64,000 nt of DNA, taken from assembly GCA_963812225.1 (NCBI GenBank), contig CAWEUN010000004.1:106308-170307 (forward strand). Direction: 5' to 3'. Under the pieces are notes generated by a model that saw nothing but the letters and a program-made list of their open reading frames with translations, ran no database searches and was not told the origin of the DNA. Source of the stretch: an uncultured Solirubrobacterales bacterium (GTDB lineage: Bacteria > Actinomycetota > Thermoleophilia > Solirubrobacterales > Solirubrobacteraceae). Shown here piece after piece: positions 1 to 9,202 of this stretch. Within the stretch, counting starts at the first letter, position 1. Every line of letters begins with the position of its first letter. The position numbers and the translations under genes were made by a program.

Positions 1-475
1 TGGTGAGGATCGAGCACGGGTTGGCCGCGTCCCGCATCGCCTCCCAGATCCCGGGCATCAGCTCGTAGCGCCCCTCGACCCACTGGTACGGATCGGTGTT
101 GGTCCCGAGCGCCACGTGCTCCCCCGCCCACGAGCGTCGCGCGAGCTCGGTGCGCAGTAGCTCCGGCGCGTTGACCTTGACCACGATCTCTCGTTCGAAG
201 TCACGACCGGCGTTGAAATCGAGGTAGGTGTGGGTCGGGCGAGCGAAGCAATAGCGGCACGCGTGGGTGCACCCCCGATAGGGATTGATCGTCCACCGGA
301 ACGGCATCCGCGACGCCTTCGGGACCTGGTTCAGGATCGACTTCGCGCGGACCTCGTAGAACCTCGTCTCGATCGCGCCAGGGGCGTCGAAATGGCGAAC
401 GACCGCCTCTTCTCGATAGCCCGGCAGGCGAGCCGTCTCCTCTTCAACCGTCGTGCTCAGATTGCTCCAACGCAC
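1..475 (-). CDS. Rv2578c-family radical SAM protein (SplB-like DNA repair), 5' part; runs off the window
   Basis: Hand translation from GTG at 475: MRWSNL...FRWTINPYRGCTHACRYCFARPTHTYLD...GTNTDPYQW; CxxxCxxC motif. Absent from the ORF track because the stop lies outside the window. Confidence 0.85.
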   Translation of the reverse strand, partial: MRWSNLSTTVEEETARLPGYREEAVVRHFDAPGAIETRFYEVRAKSILNQVPKASRMPFRWTINPYRGCTHACRYCFARPTHTYLDFNAGRDFEREIVVKVNAPELLRTELARRSWAGEHVALGTNTDPYQWVEGRYELMPGIWEAMRDAANPCSILT

Positions 476-489
476 CGAACATATGTTCG
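476..489. promoter_or_regulatory. LexA/SOS box (Gram-positive type CGAAC-N4-GTTCG)
   Basis: Perfect palindrome CGAACATATGTTCG abutting the start codon of the radical SAM gene. Confidence 0.85.
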
Positions 490-557
490 CACATGTGCCG
501 GACGAGCACCTCCCCGGCGCCGATCGGAATCGGCCGTTCGAGCCATCGCCGCGGCGA

Positions 558-3500
558 CTACAGCGTGAGCTTTCCGAGGCGCCACTGAGGAGTCGCGCCG
601 ATCCGCAGCAGATGCGCGAAATGGCCGAGCTGGAACGCCACGGCCTCGAGCGACGCGGTCAGGTCCTCGTTCGGCTCCGTCGATTCGGTGCTGAGCAGCT
701 CGATCACGGCGAGCGGCTGGATGCCCTCCCGGACTGGTACGAGCACCGCCGAGTGCATCCCTGCTGCGACGGCCTGCTTGATCCGAGCGTCCCCGCTGGC
801 GGCGAGCGGTCCGAGCACCGTCGTCGAGGAGGCCGCCAGTGCGCGCCACAGTTCGCCCTCAGTGTTTGGCTCACCACGCTGCCACGTGGAGGTCTCGAAT
901 GACCTGAAGTCGTCGCTCTCGTTCGTCCACATCGCGACGCAGCGGAGCTCGTCGTGGCCGTCCGGGCACCACGCCGCAACCGTGTCCCAGCCGCCTTGAG
1001 AACCGACGACCTTGATCGCATCCGTGAGACCGGCGCGCCAGTCCGATGAGCCGGCCAGAGCCTCCGCGAGGTCACGCTGTGCGGCCGGACTCCAGCGCGG
1101 CCCCGACTTCGGGATCGACGCGCCCGCCCTGGCTTCTTCGAGCTCCTCCCGGGCCGTCGAGAGCTCTTCGTGGGCCGTCGAGAGCTTCTCCTGGGCCGCC
1201 GAGAGCTTCTCCTGGGCCGTCGAGAGCTCAGCCTTCGCGGCCTCGAGCTCCGTCTTCATCTCCTCTGAGCGCTGCTGCTCCTCCGTCACCGCCGCTGTGG
1301 CGGCAGTGCCCTCAGCGCGCTCGTGATCGAGCTGTTCGTGAAGCTCGCTGAGCTCGCGCTCTGCGGCGCCACGCTGTTCCTCGGCCGCTGCCTCCAAACG
1401 CTCGCGCTCTCGCTCTGCCTCGGCCGCGGACTCCTCGCTCTGCTCAGCGAGCCGCTGAAGCTCGGCCGCTTTCTCCTCGAGGGCTGCCGTGGCCGCCTCG
1501 CGTTCTTGATCGAGCGAGGCCTGAACGCGCTCGAGCTCCTCACGGGCCTCTCGTACGCGCTCGCTCTCCTCGCGCTCGGCAATCTCCGCCGCATCGGCCA
1601 GGTCGCGCTCGGCCGCGGCCCGCGTCTGCTCGAGCTCCTCCTGGAGACGGGTGGTCTCCTCCTGCGCCTCCGTAACCGCCCGATCGGCTCGCTCGCGCTG
1701 GCGTTCGGCCTCTTCCTCGGCCTCCTGGAGCCGTGCACGCTGCTCCTCGGCCGCCGCCTCGGCCCGCTCGCCCTGCTCGACCGTCTCCGTCTGTACGCGT
1801 TCGAGCTCCTCGCGGGCCTCCCGCAGTGCGGTCTCAGCCTCATCCGCCCGCACCCTCTGCTCCGCGGCAAGCGCCTCTCCGGAGGCCGTCGCGTTCTCGC
1901 GCTCGGCCTCCAGCTCGCCCTGTGACCGCTCGAGCTCAGCCCGCAGATCCTCGGTCTCCTGCCGGACGGCGGCGAGCACCTCGCCGGCACGTTCGCGGTG
2001 GCGCTCCACCTCGCCCTCCATCTCCAGCAATCGAAGCTGCTGCTTTTCGACCTCGGCGCGGGCCTGCTCGGCGTCCTCGCGCTCGCGCCCGATCTCCGCC
2101 TCGGCCACCTCAGCCCGTTCGCGCTGCTCCAGGAGCGCCGCTTGCGCGTGCGAGAGCTCCTCATCGATATCGCGGATGGCGGCCTCGGCGCGCTCCGCCC
2201 GCTGCCGCTCCTCGGACGCGATCGCCTCGCCGCTCTCCGTGGCCTTCTCGAGCTCACGTTCTAGGTCGGCGAGCGCCTGCTGTAGCTCGCTGCGCAGCTG
2301 TTCGGTCTCCGCTTGGGCGGCGGCTTCGGCCTGCTCGGCGCGCTCGCCTTGCTCGGTCAGCCCGGTCTCGAGCCGCGCCAGCTCCTGCTCTAGCCGCTCG
2401 ATCTCCTGCTGCGCCGTTGCCGCTGCCTGCTCAGCCTGCTCGCGTTCCTGCCTGACCTCGGCTTCCACGGTCTGCGACCGTTCGCGCTCCTGGTCCACGT
2501 CGGCCTGGATCCGCTCCAGCTCGCCGGTCGCCTCGGAGAGGGCGCGCTCGGCTTCCTCGGCCCGCGCCTTCGCCTCCAACACCAGCGCATCGGACGAAGC
2601 CGTGGCGTTCGCCAGCTCACGCTCGAGCTCAGCCTGAGCGGTCTCGAGCTCAGCCCGAGCCGTCTCCAACTCGGCTCGCGCCGACTTGAGGTCGCCCTGC
2701 AGCCGCTGGGTCTCTTCCTGAGCGTCGGCAAGGGTCCGCTCGACCTCCTCGGTTCGCGCTCGCGCCTCCGACACCAGCGCGTCGGACGAAGCCGTGGCGT
2801 TCGCCAGCTCACGTTCGAGCTCAGCCCGCGCAGTCTCCAGTTCAGTCCGCGCCGTCTCGAGCTCGCCGCGCAGCCGCTCGCTCTCCGCATGCCCTTCGGC
2901 AATGACACGCTCGAGCTCGTCGCGCTGACGCTCGACCTCAGCCTCGAGCCCGGCCATCACCGCCTGCTGCTGCTCGACCTCGGCCTGCACGCGCTGCAAC
3001 TCGTCGCGCTCGCGCTTGACGTCCGCGTCCGCGGCCTCCCAGCGCTCGCGCTCCTGATCGAGCACGGCCTGAACGCGCTCGAGCTCGCCCGTGGCCTGCG
3101 CAAGCGCGCTCTCAGCCTCTTCAGTTCGTGCCCGCGCTTCCGATACGCGCGCGTCTGAAGATGCCGCCGCGCTCGCCAGCTCGCGCTGCAACTCTGCCTG
3201 CGCGCCCTCCAGCTCGGCCCGGAGCCGCTCGCTCTGCCCTTGTGCTTCAGCCAACGCGCGCTCGGTCTCTTCGCGTTCGCGCTGGACCTCTGCCTCGGCC
3301 GTGTCCGCCCGATGGCCATGCTCCTGCAGGCCGGCCTGTGCGCGCTCGAGCTCGGCGCGGGCCTCTGTGAGGGCGGCCTCGGCGAGCTCGACGCGTCCGC
3401 GCTCTTCCAGTCCGCTCGCCTTGCTGCGCTCGAGCTCCTCCTCAAGCCGGACGATCTCCCGCTTGGCAGCCGCCTCGACCCGGCTGGCCTGCTCGAGTGC

Positions 3501-4703
3501 ACTCCCGAAGCGCTCGAGCTCTTCCGTCGTGTCGCGGAGCCCGCTCTCGGCCTTCTCGGCGCGCTCGAGCTCGTCGCGCAATCGGTCGCGTTCCTGCTCC
3601 GCCGCCGCCTCGGCGCCTTCCGCACGCTGGTGCTGCTCCTGCAAGGCCGCCTGCATGCGCTCGAGCTCATCTCGCGCGTCCTGCAGAGCTGCTTCGGCGT
3701 GCTCGGCTTGGCGAACCGTCTCGAGCGCCGCGTCGCGCTCCCGTAGCGCGGCGTCGCGCTCGGCGGACAGCTTCTCGCGTTCGGCTATGAGCGCCTCAGA
3801 CTCGGCGATCGCCTGGGGGTCAGCGGGGTCGGCCTGGACGAGCTGCCGCTCGGCAACGGGGACCAGACCCCACTCGTCAAGGACCTCGGCTCGGATCAGA
3901 ACGGGATCGATTCGGCTCCACCGCTCGACCTTCATCAGCCGTGCGCATTCGGTCCGTGCCGTCGCCGCGTCGTCGAGTGGCGAGGCGAGGCCGCAGACGG
4001 CGACCGGTTCGCCGGCGCGGTCACGGATCGCAAAGCGCAGTGCGGCCAGCGGGGGACGGCCCTCGAAGGACCCCACTGTGTACTCGAACTGCAGCGGCTC
4101 GGACTTTCCGGACCCGCTCTCCAGTATGCGGGGGCCGTCGACAACCTCTCCAGGTGGCATCTCCTCATCGGTCTTTCCGAGCAGGCGCTCCTCGCTCGTG
4201 TTCAGGAGCTCCGCGTAGCGGGCGTTCGCCTGGAGGTACCGGCCTTCGAGGTCCTTCAGCCAGATCAGCGCGGGGCTATCGTCGAATCGTGCGCCCAGTA
4301 GGGGATTCGGCTTGGCGTCGGCGGCGGGTTCGGGCGACGCGGCCGGATGGACCATGGCCAGCGCCTGCCGGTCCCCCCGCGGATCGATCACCGCCTCGAC
4401 GTTGACGGCCACCCCCTTGAGGACGAAGTTCGATCGCTCGAGCTCTCCGTTGAGCACCTCTTCGACGCGTTTGTCACGGCCCAGGGCGTCGGCCGCAGCT
4501 CGGTAGTTCTGCTCGTAATCCTCCGTGCTCCGTTCGAGCTCGCCGTCCGCAGCGATCAACGCCAAGGCCGGTATCTCGGCCAAGGAGCCACGGGCCGTTA
4601 CCACGGCGCTGCCGTTTGCCAAAGCCCTCACCCCAACTCCATCGGCGCGCGCGCGGGACGCGATGGGGCCGTGGCGGCATCTCAACGAATATTCGAGGGC
4701 CAA
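558..4703 (-). CDS. PAS domain + very long coiled coil + C-terminal GAF-like domain protein
   Basis: 1381-aa ORF. PAS-like DSPALIWLKDLEGRYLQANARY...LLGKTD; roughly 900 aa of E/A/R/Q heptads; GAF-like end (GMHSAVLVPVREG..LAVIEL). Start codon uncertain. Confidence 0.75.
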   Translation of the reverse strand: MALEYSLRCRHGPIASRARADGVGVRALANGSAVVTARGSLAEIPALALIAADGELERSTEDYEQNYRAAADALGRDKRVEEVLNGELERSNFVLKGVAVNVEAVIDPRGDRQALAMVHPAASPEPAADAKPNPLLGARFDDSPALIWLKDLEGRYLQANARYAELLNTSEERLLGKTDEEMPPGEVVDGPRILESGSGKSEPLQFEYTVGSFEGRPPLAALRFAIRDRAGEPVAVCGLASPLDDAATARTECARLMKVERWSRIDPVLIRAEVLDEWGLVPVAERQLVQADPADPQAIAESEALIAEREKLSAERDAALRERDAALETVRQAEHAEAALQDARDELERMQAALQEQHQRAEGAEAAAEQERDRLRDELERAEKAESGLRDTTEELERFGSALEQASRVEAAAKREIVRLEEELERSKASGLEERGRVELAEAALTEARAELERAQAGLQEHGHRADTAEAEVQREREETERALAEAQGQSERLRAELEGAQAELQRELASAAASSDARVSEARARTEEAESALAQATGELERVQAVLDQERERWEAADADVKRERDELQRVQAEVEQQQAVMAGLEAEVERQRDELERVIAEGHAESERLRGELETARTELETARAELERELANATASSDALVSEARARTEEVERTLADAQEETQRLQGDLKSARAELETARAELETAQAELERELANATASSDALVLEAKARAEEAERALSEATGELERIQADVDQERERSQTVEAEVRQEREQAEQAAATAQQEIERLEQELARLETGLTEQGERAEQAEAAAQAETEQLRSELQQALADLERELEKATESGEAIASEERQRAERAEAAIRDIDEELSHAQAALLEQRERAEVAEAEIGREREDAEQARAEVEKQQLRLLEMEGEVERHRERAGEVLAAVRQETEDLRAELERSQGELEAERENATASGEALAAEQRVRADEAETALREAREELERVQTETVEQGERAEAAAEEQRARLQEAEEEAERQRERADRAVTEAQEETTRLQEELEQTRAAAERDLADAAEIAEREESERVREAREELERVQASLDQEREAATAALEEKAAELQRLAEQSEESAAEAERERERLEAAAEEQRGAAERELSELHEQLDHERAEGTAATAAVTEEQQRSEEMKTELEAAKAELSTAQEKLSAAQEKLSTAHEELSTAREELEEARAGASIPKSGPRWSPAAQRDLAEALAGSSDWRAGLTDAIKVVGSQGGWDTVAAWCPDGHDELRCVAMWTNESDDFRSFETSTWQRGEPNTEGELWRALAASSTTVLGPLAASGDARIKQAVAAGMHSAVLVPVREGIQPLAVIELLSTESTEPNEDLTASLEAVAFQLGHFAHLLRIGATPQWRLGKLTL
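1140..1230. repeat. 21-bp tandem repeat (about 4 copies) encoding heptads ELSTAQEK/LSAAQEK/LSTAHEE
   Basis: GAGCT(C/T)..C.(T/C)GGGCCG(T/C)CGA units visible in the DNA. Confidence 0.7.
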
Positions 4704-4739
4704 TCGACGGATATACGGCCCGCGAGGGCCGGACGGCGC

Positions 4740-6062
4740 TCAGGCCGCCGCGCGCGGCACGAGCGACTGCAGGCCGGACAGCGTCTGGCTGGTCGCACCG
4801 GTGACCTCGACCTCGACGAGCTCGCCGGGGGTCGCGGCCCCGCTGAAGTTCACGACCTTGTTGTGCCGCGAGCGGCCCCGGAGCCGGGTCGGATCGGTGC
4901 GCGACGGCCCCTCTACCAGCACCTCAAGACCGCGACCGACGAAGCGCTGGGCGCGCTGCGCCGCGCGGCGCTGGATCACGGCCACGAGTCGCTCGAGGCG
5001 CTCGACCTTGAGCTCGTGGGGTATCTGGTCAGGGAGCGTCGCCGCCTCGGTTCCGCGCCGGGGCGAGTAGATGAACGTGAAGGCGCCGTCGTAGCCGACC
5101 TCCTCGGCCACCTCGAGCGTCCGCCGGAAGTCGTCCTCGGTCTCTCCGGGGAAGCCGACGATGATGTCCGTCGTCAGGGAGCAGTCGGGAACGTGCTCGC
5201 GGATCAGCGCGACGCGGTCGAGATAGCGCTCACGCGTGTATGTGCGGCGCATGCGCTTGAGCACCGTGCTCGAGCCCGACTGAAGCGGCAGGTGGATGTG
5301 CTCGCACAACGAAGGCAGCTCCGCATGCGCGCGGATCACGTCCTCGCGCATGTCCTTCGGGTGGGGGCTCGTGTAGCGGATCCGCTCGACACCGTCGATC
5401 TCATCGATCCGCGTCAGCAGCCCCGCGAACGTGAGGCGCTGATCGCGAGGGAGGTCGCGTCCATACGAGTTGACGTTCTGGCCGAGCAGAGTGACCTCGA
5501 CGACGCCGTCCGCGGCGAGGTTGCGCACCTCCTCGACGAGCTCATCCGGCGACCGGCTGACCTCTCGGCCGCGCGTTGACGGAACGATGCAGTACGAGCA
5601 GACGCAGTTGCATCCGACGCTGATCTGAACCCAGGCCTGGTAGTCGCGCTCGCGTTTCGCCGGCAGGTGGCCGGTGAAGCCCTCGAACTCGAAGAACCCC
5701 TGGGCCGTGATGGAGTCGCTCGTGAGGAACTCGGCCAGCTTGTGGACCTGACCGGGGCCGAACGCGACGTCGACGAACGGGAAGCGCTCGAACACCTCCT
5801 CCTTGACCGATTGCGCCCAGCAACCACCCACCCCGACGATGCGCTCGGGTCGCTCTGACTTCAGACGCTTGGCCTCGCCCAGGTGGGCGACGAAGCGGTT
5901 GTCAGCGTTCTCCCGAATCGAGCAGGTGTTGAACAGGATCAAGTCGGCGTCGGCTCGCGTCGGCGCCTCCGCGTAGCCGATCGACTCGAGCATCCCCTTC
6001 ATCCGCTCGGAGTCGTGCTCGTTCATCTGACACCCAAAGGTGGTGACGTGATAGCGCTTCAT
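4740..6062 (-). CDS. miaB: tRNA-2-methylthio-N6-dimethylallyladenosine synthase MiaB
   Basis: TFGCQMNEHDSE, NTCSIRENA, GCNCVCSYCIVP radical SAM motif, C-terminal TRAM domain. Confidence 0.97.
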   Translation of the reverse strand: MKRYHVTTFGCQMNEHDSERMKGMLESIGYAEAPTRADADLILFNTCSIRENADNRFVAHLGEAKRLKSERPERIVGVGGCWAQSVKEEVFERFPFVDVAFGPGQVHKLAEFLTSDSITAQGFFEFEGFTGHLPAKRERDYQAWVQISVGCNCVCSYCIVPSTRGREVSRSPDELVEEVRNLAADGVVEVTLLGQNVNSYGRDLPRDQRLTFAGLLTRIDEIDGVERIRYTSPHPKDMREDVIRAHAELPSLCEHIHLPLQSGSSTVLKRMRRTYTRERYLDRVALIREHVPDCSLTTDIIVGFPGETEDDFRRTLEVAEEVGYDGAFTFIYSPRRGTEAATLPDQIPHELKVERLERLVAVIQRRAAQRAQRFVGRGLEVLVEGPSRTDPTRLRGRSRHNKVVNFSGAATPGELVEVEVTGATSQTLSGLQSLVPRAAA

Positions 6063-6119
6063 CTGAGCCCGAAGGGTAGCGGTGCAGACGGGTCCGACCG
6101 GTCGGCGACCGGACCATCG

Positions 6120-7586
6120 TCAGTTCGGCGTGAACCCCGGCAGAACGAGCTCGACACGCACTCCGCGGCCGTTCGCCCCGTCGCCGGCGCGCACCTGACC
6201 GCCGTGTGCCTGAGCGATCGCGAGGACAATCGCCAGCCCCAGGCCCGCGCCGCCGTCGGCGCGCGATCGCGCCGGATCGACTCGGTAGAAGCGCTCGAAC
6301 ACCCGCTCGCGCTCAGAGGCCGGGATGCCCGGGCCGTCGTCGATCACCGCGAAGCGAATCCGGTCGGCGCCGACCCGCTGCACTTCGAGGGCGACGAGCC
6401 CGGAGCCCGGCTTGGTGTGATCGACGGCGTTGCGCGCGAGATTCCGGATTGCCTGCGCCAGACGGTCGGGGTCGGCATCGAGGGATCCCTCGGGCACGGG
6501 GCCGAGCTCGAAGCGGCGGTCGTCGATCAGGCTCATGCCGTCCCACAGATCCGCGACGAACGGCGCCAGCTGGATCGGTTCGCTGCGCAGGAAGTTGGTC
6601 TGCCCCGACTGGGCCAGCACGAGCAGGTCATCGACGAGCCTGCTGATGCGCGTGATCTCGGCCTGCACGAGCCGCTCGACCCGCCGGACCTCGACCTCCG
6701 GCGGATGCTCCTCGGCGGCGAGCACCTCGAGCTGGCCGCGGATCACGGTCAGCGGCGTACGCAGCTCATGAGAGGCGTCGGCGACGAACGCCCGCTGAGC
6801 CGCGAACGCCTCGGCCAGTCGGTCGAGCATGTGGTTGAAGGCATCCGCGAGCACCTGAAGCTCGCGGCCCTGCGCCGGCGACTCGTCCATCCGCGGCTCG
6901 AGGTCACCGGCCTCGACGCGGGTGGCGACGCCGGCCATCCGGCGGAGCGGAGCTGTCACCTGGGCGCCGGCCAGATAGGAGGCGACGAGCGCGAGGAGGA
7001 GCGTCAGCACTCCCGCGAGCACGAAGGCACCGGCGATCCCGTGCTGGGCGCGCTGGACGGTCTGGAGCGGCTCGGCCGCTCCCGCGATCACATCGAGGTC
7101 GCCGATCCGCAGGTGCTGCTCGAGCGTGCGCGCCTTACCCACGTCGGGAATCGTCTGGGTCGAGTATCCGAGTCGCGGCACCTTCAGGCGCGCGCCGAGC
7201 ACGTTCTCCGCCGCCTGCTCGGCCACCGTCTCGCCGTTGTCGGGCGGGCCGCCGAACACCTCGGGATGATTGCTGGCCGTCGAGGCTCCGGCGATGAGGA
7301 CGTAGAGCAGCGTCGACGTCGCGCTATAGGGCTGGTCGGCGAAGTACCCGTGGGCGGCGGCGGTGATCGCAGTCGGCGACTGGCCGGCGAGCGGACGCAG
7401 GAACTCGGACAGCTGCGTCACGTCACCTTGCAAGTCCCGGTCGATCTGCGATCGCAGCTGGTTGCCGGTGCTCGAATAGACGAACGCGAACACGACCGCT
7501 GCCGAGACGATCATGACCCCAGCCACCCACGCCGTCAGCCGCCAGCGCAAGCTGGTCGGCCATCGCGGCCTAGTCGCTCGCGTCAA
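6120..7586 (-). CDS. HAMP-domain sensor histidine kinase
   Basis: Two TM segments, HAMP, ADASHELRTPL H-box, DDGPG and GGAGLGL boxes. Likely TTG start overlaps the regulator's end. Confidence 0.92.
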   Translation of the reverse strand: MTRATRPRWPTSLRWRLTAWVAGVMIVSAAVVFAFVYSSTGNQLRSQIDRDLQGDVTQLSEFLRPLAGQSPTAITAAAHGYFADQPYSATSTLLYVLIAGASTASNHPEVFGGPPDNGETVAEQAAENVLGARLKVPRLGYSTQTIPDVGKARTLEQHLRIGDLDVIAGAAEPLQTVQRAQHGIAGAFVLAGVLTLLLALVASYLAGAQVTAPLRRMAGVATRVEAGDLEPRMDESPAQGRELQVLADAFNHMLDRLAEAFAAQRAFVADASHELRTPLTVIRGQLEVLAAEEHPPEVEVRRVERLVQAEITRISRLVDDLLVLAQSGQTNFLRSEPIQLAPFVADLWDGMSLIDDRRFELGPVPEGSLDADPDRLAQAIRNLARNAVDHTKPGSGLVALEVQRVGADRIRFAVIDDGPGIPASERERVFERFYRVDPARSRADGGAGLGLAIVLAIAQAHGGQVRAGDGANGRGVRVELVLPGFTPN

Positions 7587-8250
7587 AGCGATAGCCAACC
7601 GAGCGAATCGTGACGATCGGTGTGCTGCCCTGGCCGTCCCGGAGCTTACGTCGGAGGTATCCGACGTAGACGTCGACGACGTTCGTTCCTGGGTCGTATT
7701 CATAGCCCCACACCGCTCGCAGAATCTGCTCGCGCGAGAGCACTCGTCCGCGATTTTGAAGCAGATAGACCAGTAGCTCAAACTCGGTTGTCGAAAGGCG
7801 GACGAGCTCGTCGCCCTGTCTGACCTCTCGGGTGAGGAGGTCGACCTCGAGGCCGTCGCCGCGCAGCGTCGTCGCCTGTGCCTGGGCCGCAACTCGGAGT
7901 TGCGCCCTGATCCGGGCCGCGAGCTCGCTGAGCGAGAACGGCTTGGTCAGGTAGTCGACGGCGCCCGCGTCGAGTCCGGCGACGCGATCCTCTATCTCTC
8001 CGCGGGCGGTGAGCGCGATCACCGGCAGCGCCGGTTTCGTCTCTCGCAACTCGGCGAGGAGATCGAGTCCGCTACGCCCCGGGAGCATCATGTCGAGGAC
8101 GACCAGGTCAACCCGGTCGCCCAGCGCCTTCGCCGTGCCGCTGACGCCATCGAGGGCCGCCTCGACCTCGAACCCGTGCGCCGCCAGACCTCGCTCGAGG
8201 AAGTCGACGATCCCGGGCTCGTCCTCGATGACCAGGATCACGTCAGGCAT
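7570..8250 (-). CDS. OmpR/PhoB-family response regulator
   Basis: IEDE, VLDMMLP, KPF, winged-helix end TIRSVGY. Confidence 0.95.
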   Translation of the reverse strand: MPDVILVIEDEPGIVDFLERGLAAHGFEVEAALDGVSGTAKALGDRVDLVVLDMMLPGRSGLDLLAELRETKPALPVIALTARGEIEDRVAGLDAGAVDYLTKPFSLSELAARIRAQLRVAAQAQATTLRGDGLEVDLLTREVRQGDELVRLSTTEFELLVYLLQNRGRVLSREQILRAVWGYEYDPGTNVVDVYVGYLRRKLRDGQGSTPIVTIRSVGYRFDASD

Positions 8251-8368
8251 CGCGCCGGGGGCCGCATGGACCGCGATGATAAGTCGTCGCCCGAGTCAGT
8301 TCGACCATGAAGAGGTTTCTCATCATGCGCTGAACGGTGATTGAGTCTCCGCCCCCAGACTCTTCGCC

Positions 8369-9052
8369 ATGGATACGAGCAAGGATGCCACGGCCCAGAC
8401 TGAGCGGACGATTCACCAGCGGGTGCAGAGCGACGCCGACGACGGGCTGCTCGAGACGCTGACCGCGGGCGGTAGCGGCGGCAACCAGGAGCTCACGGCG
8501 ATCACCGGTTTGATCCTGATCTTGCTGTTCGCCGTGATCGGAGTGACGATCCTCCGGATCCGGCAGCTGATATCGGTCCACCTGTTCGTGGGCCTGCTCC
8601 TACTGGGCCCGGTGGCGCTGAAGATGGCGTCGACGGGCTACCGGTTCGTCCGTTACTACACGCACAACTCCGTCTACCTGCGCAAGGGCCCCCCGGAGCT
8701 CGCGCTTCGGCTGATGGCCCCGGTCGTAGTCCTGACGACGGTCGCGGTATTCGTCACGGGAATCATCCTGCTGATCGTCGGTCCAGCACACAGGGGCTCG
8801 CTCGTGATGCTGCACAAGGTCAGCTTCATCGTCTGGGCCGTGTTCGTGGGTCTGCACATCCTGGGTCACCTCCGCGACTACAAGACCGCTCTGCGGGCGG
8901 CGCCCAGGATGCCGGGCGGCGGATCGTTGGGCGGCGCGGGGCGCGCGATCTCGATCGCCGGCGCGATCGTGGCCGGGCTGGTCCTCGCCATCGTCCTGAT
9001 CCCGGAATTCAGCGTCTGGACCTCGCAGTTCCCGCATCACCATCACCATTAG
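8369..9052 (+). CDS. Multi-pass membrane protein with TM histidines and C-terminal His5 (cytochrome b-like?)
   Basis: About 5 hydrophobic segments; SVHLFVG, LHKVSF, LHILGH; ends PHHHHH. Confidence 0.6.
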   Translation: MDTSKDATAQTERTIHQRVQSDADDGLLETLTAGGSGGNQELTAITGLILILLFAVIGVTILRIRQLISVHLFVGLLLLGPVALKMASTGYRFVRYYTHNSVYLRKGPPELALRLMAPVVVLTTVAVFVTGIILLIVGPAHRGSLVMLHKVSFIVWAVFVGLHILGHLRDYKTALRAAPRMPGGGSLGGAGRAISIAGAIVAGLVLAIVLIPEFSVWTSQFPHHHHH

Positions 9053-9202
9053 GTGGCGCGGCTCGGCGATACACGGCCTCCCGCCTGCGGGGCGCTCGGC
9101 ATCCAGCCTCGCCAAGACCGGCCCGCGCGGGAGTCATCCGGCTCCGCGTCCGACCCTCGAGGCAGAGCCCCACCCAATCAGGCACGGCCGGCGCGCCCGG
9201 AG

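Noticed and set aside
558-4703. SMC/SbcC or tape-measure call for the long coiled-coil protein
   Set aside because: No Walker A/B, signature or hinge motifs, and no phage genes nearby.
9053-9202. GC-rich stems between the His-rich membrane gene and rny
   Set aside because: Only one copy seen and no clear terminator U-tract; cannot be distinguished from background.
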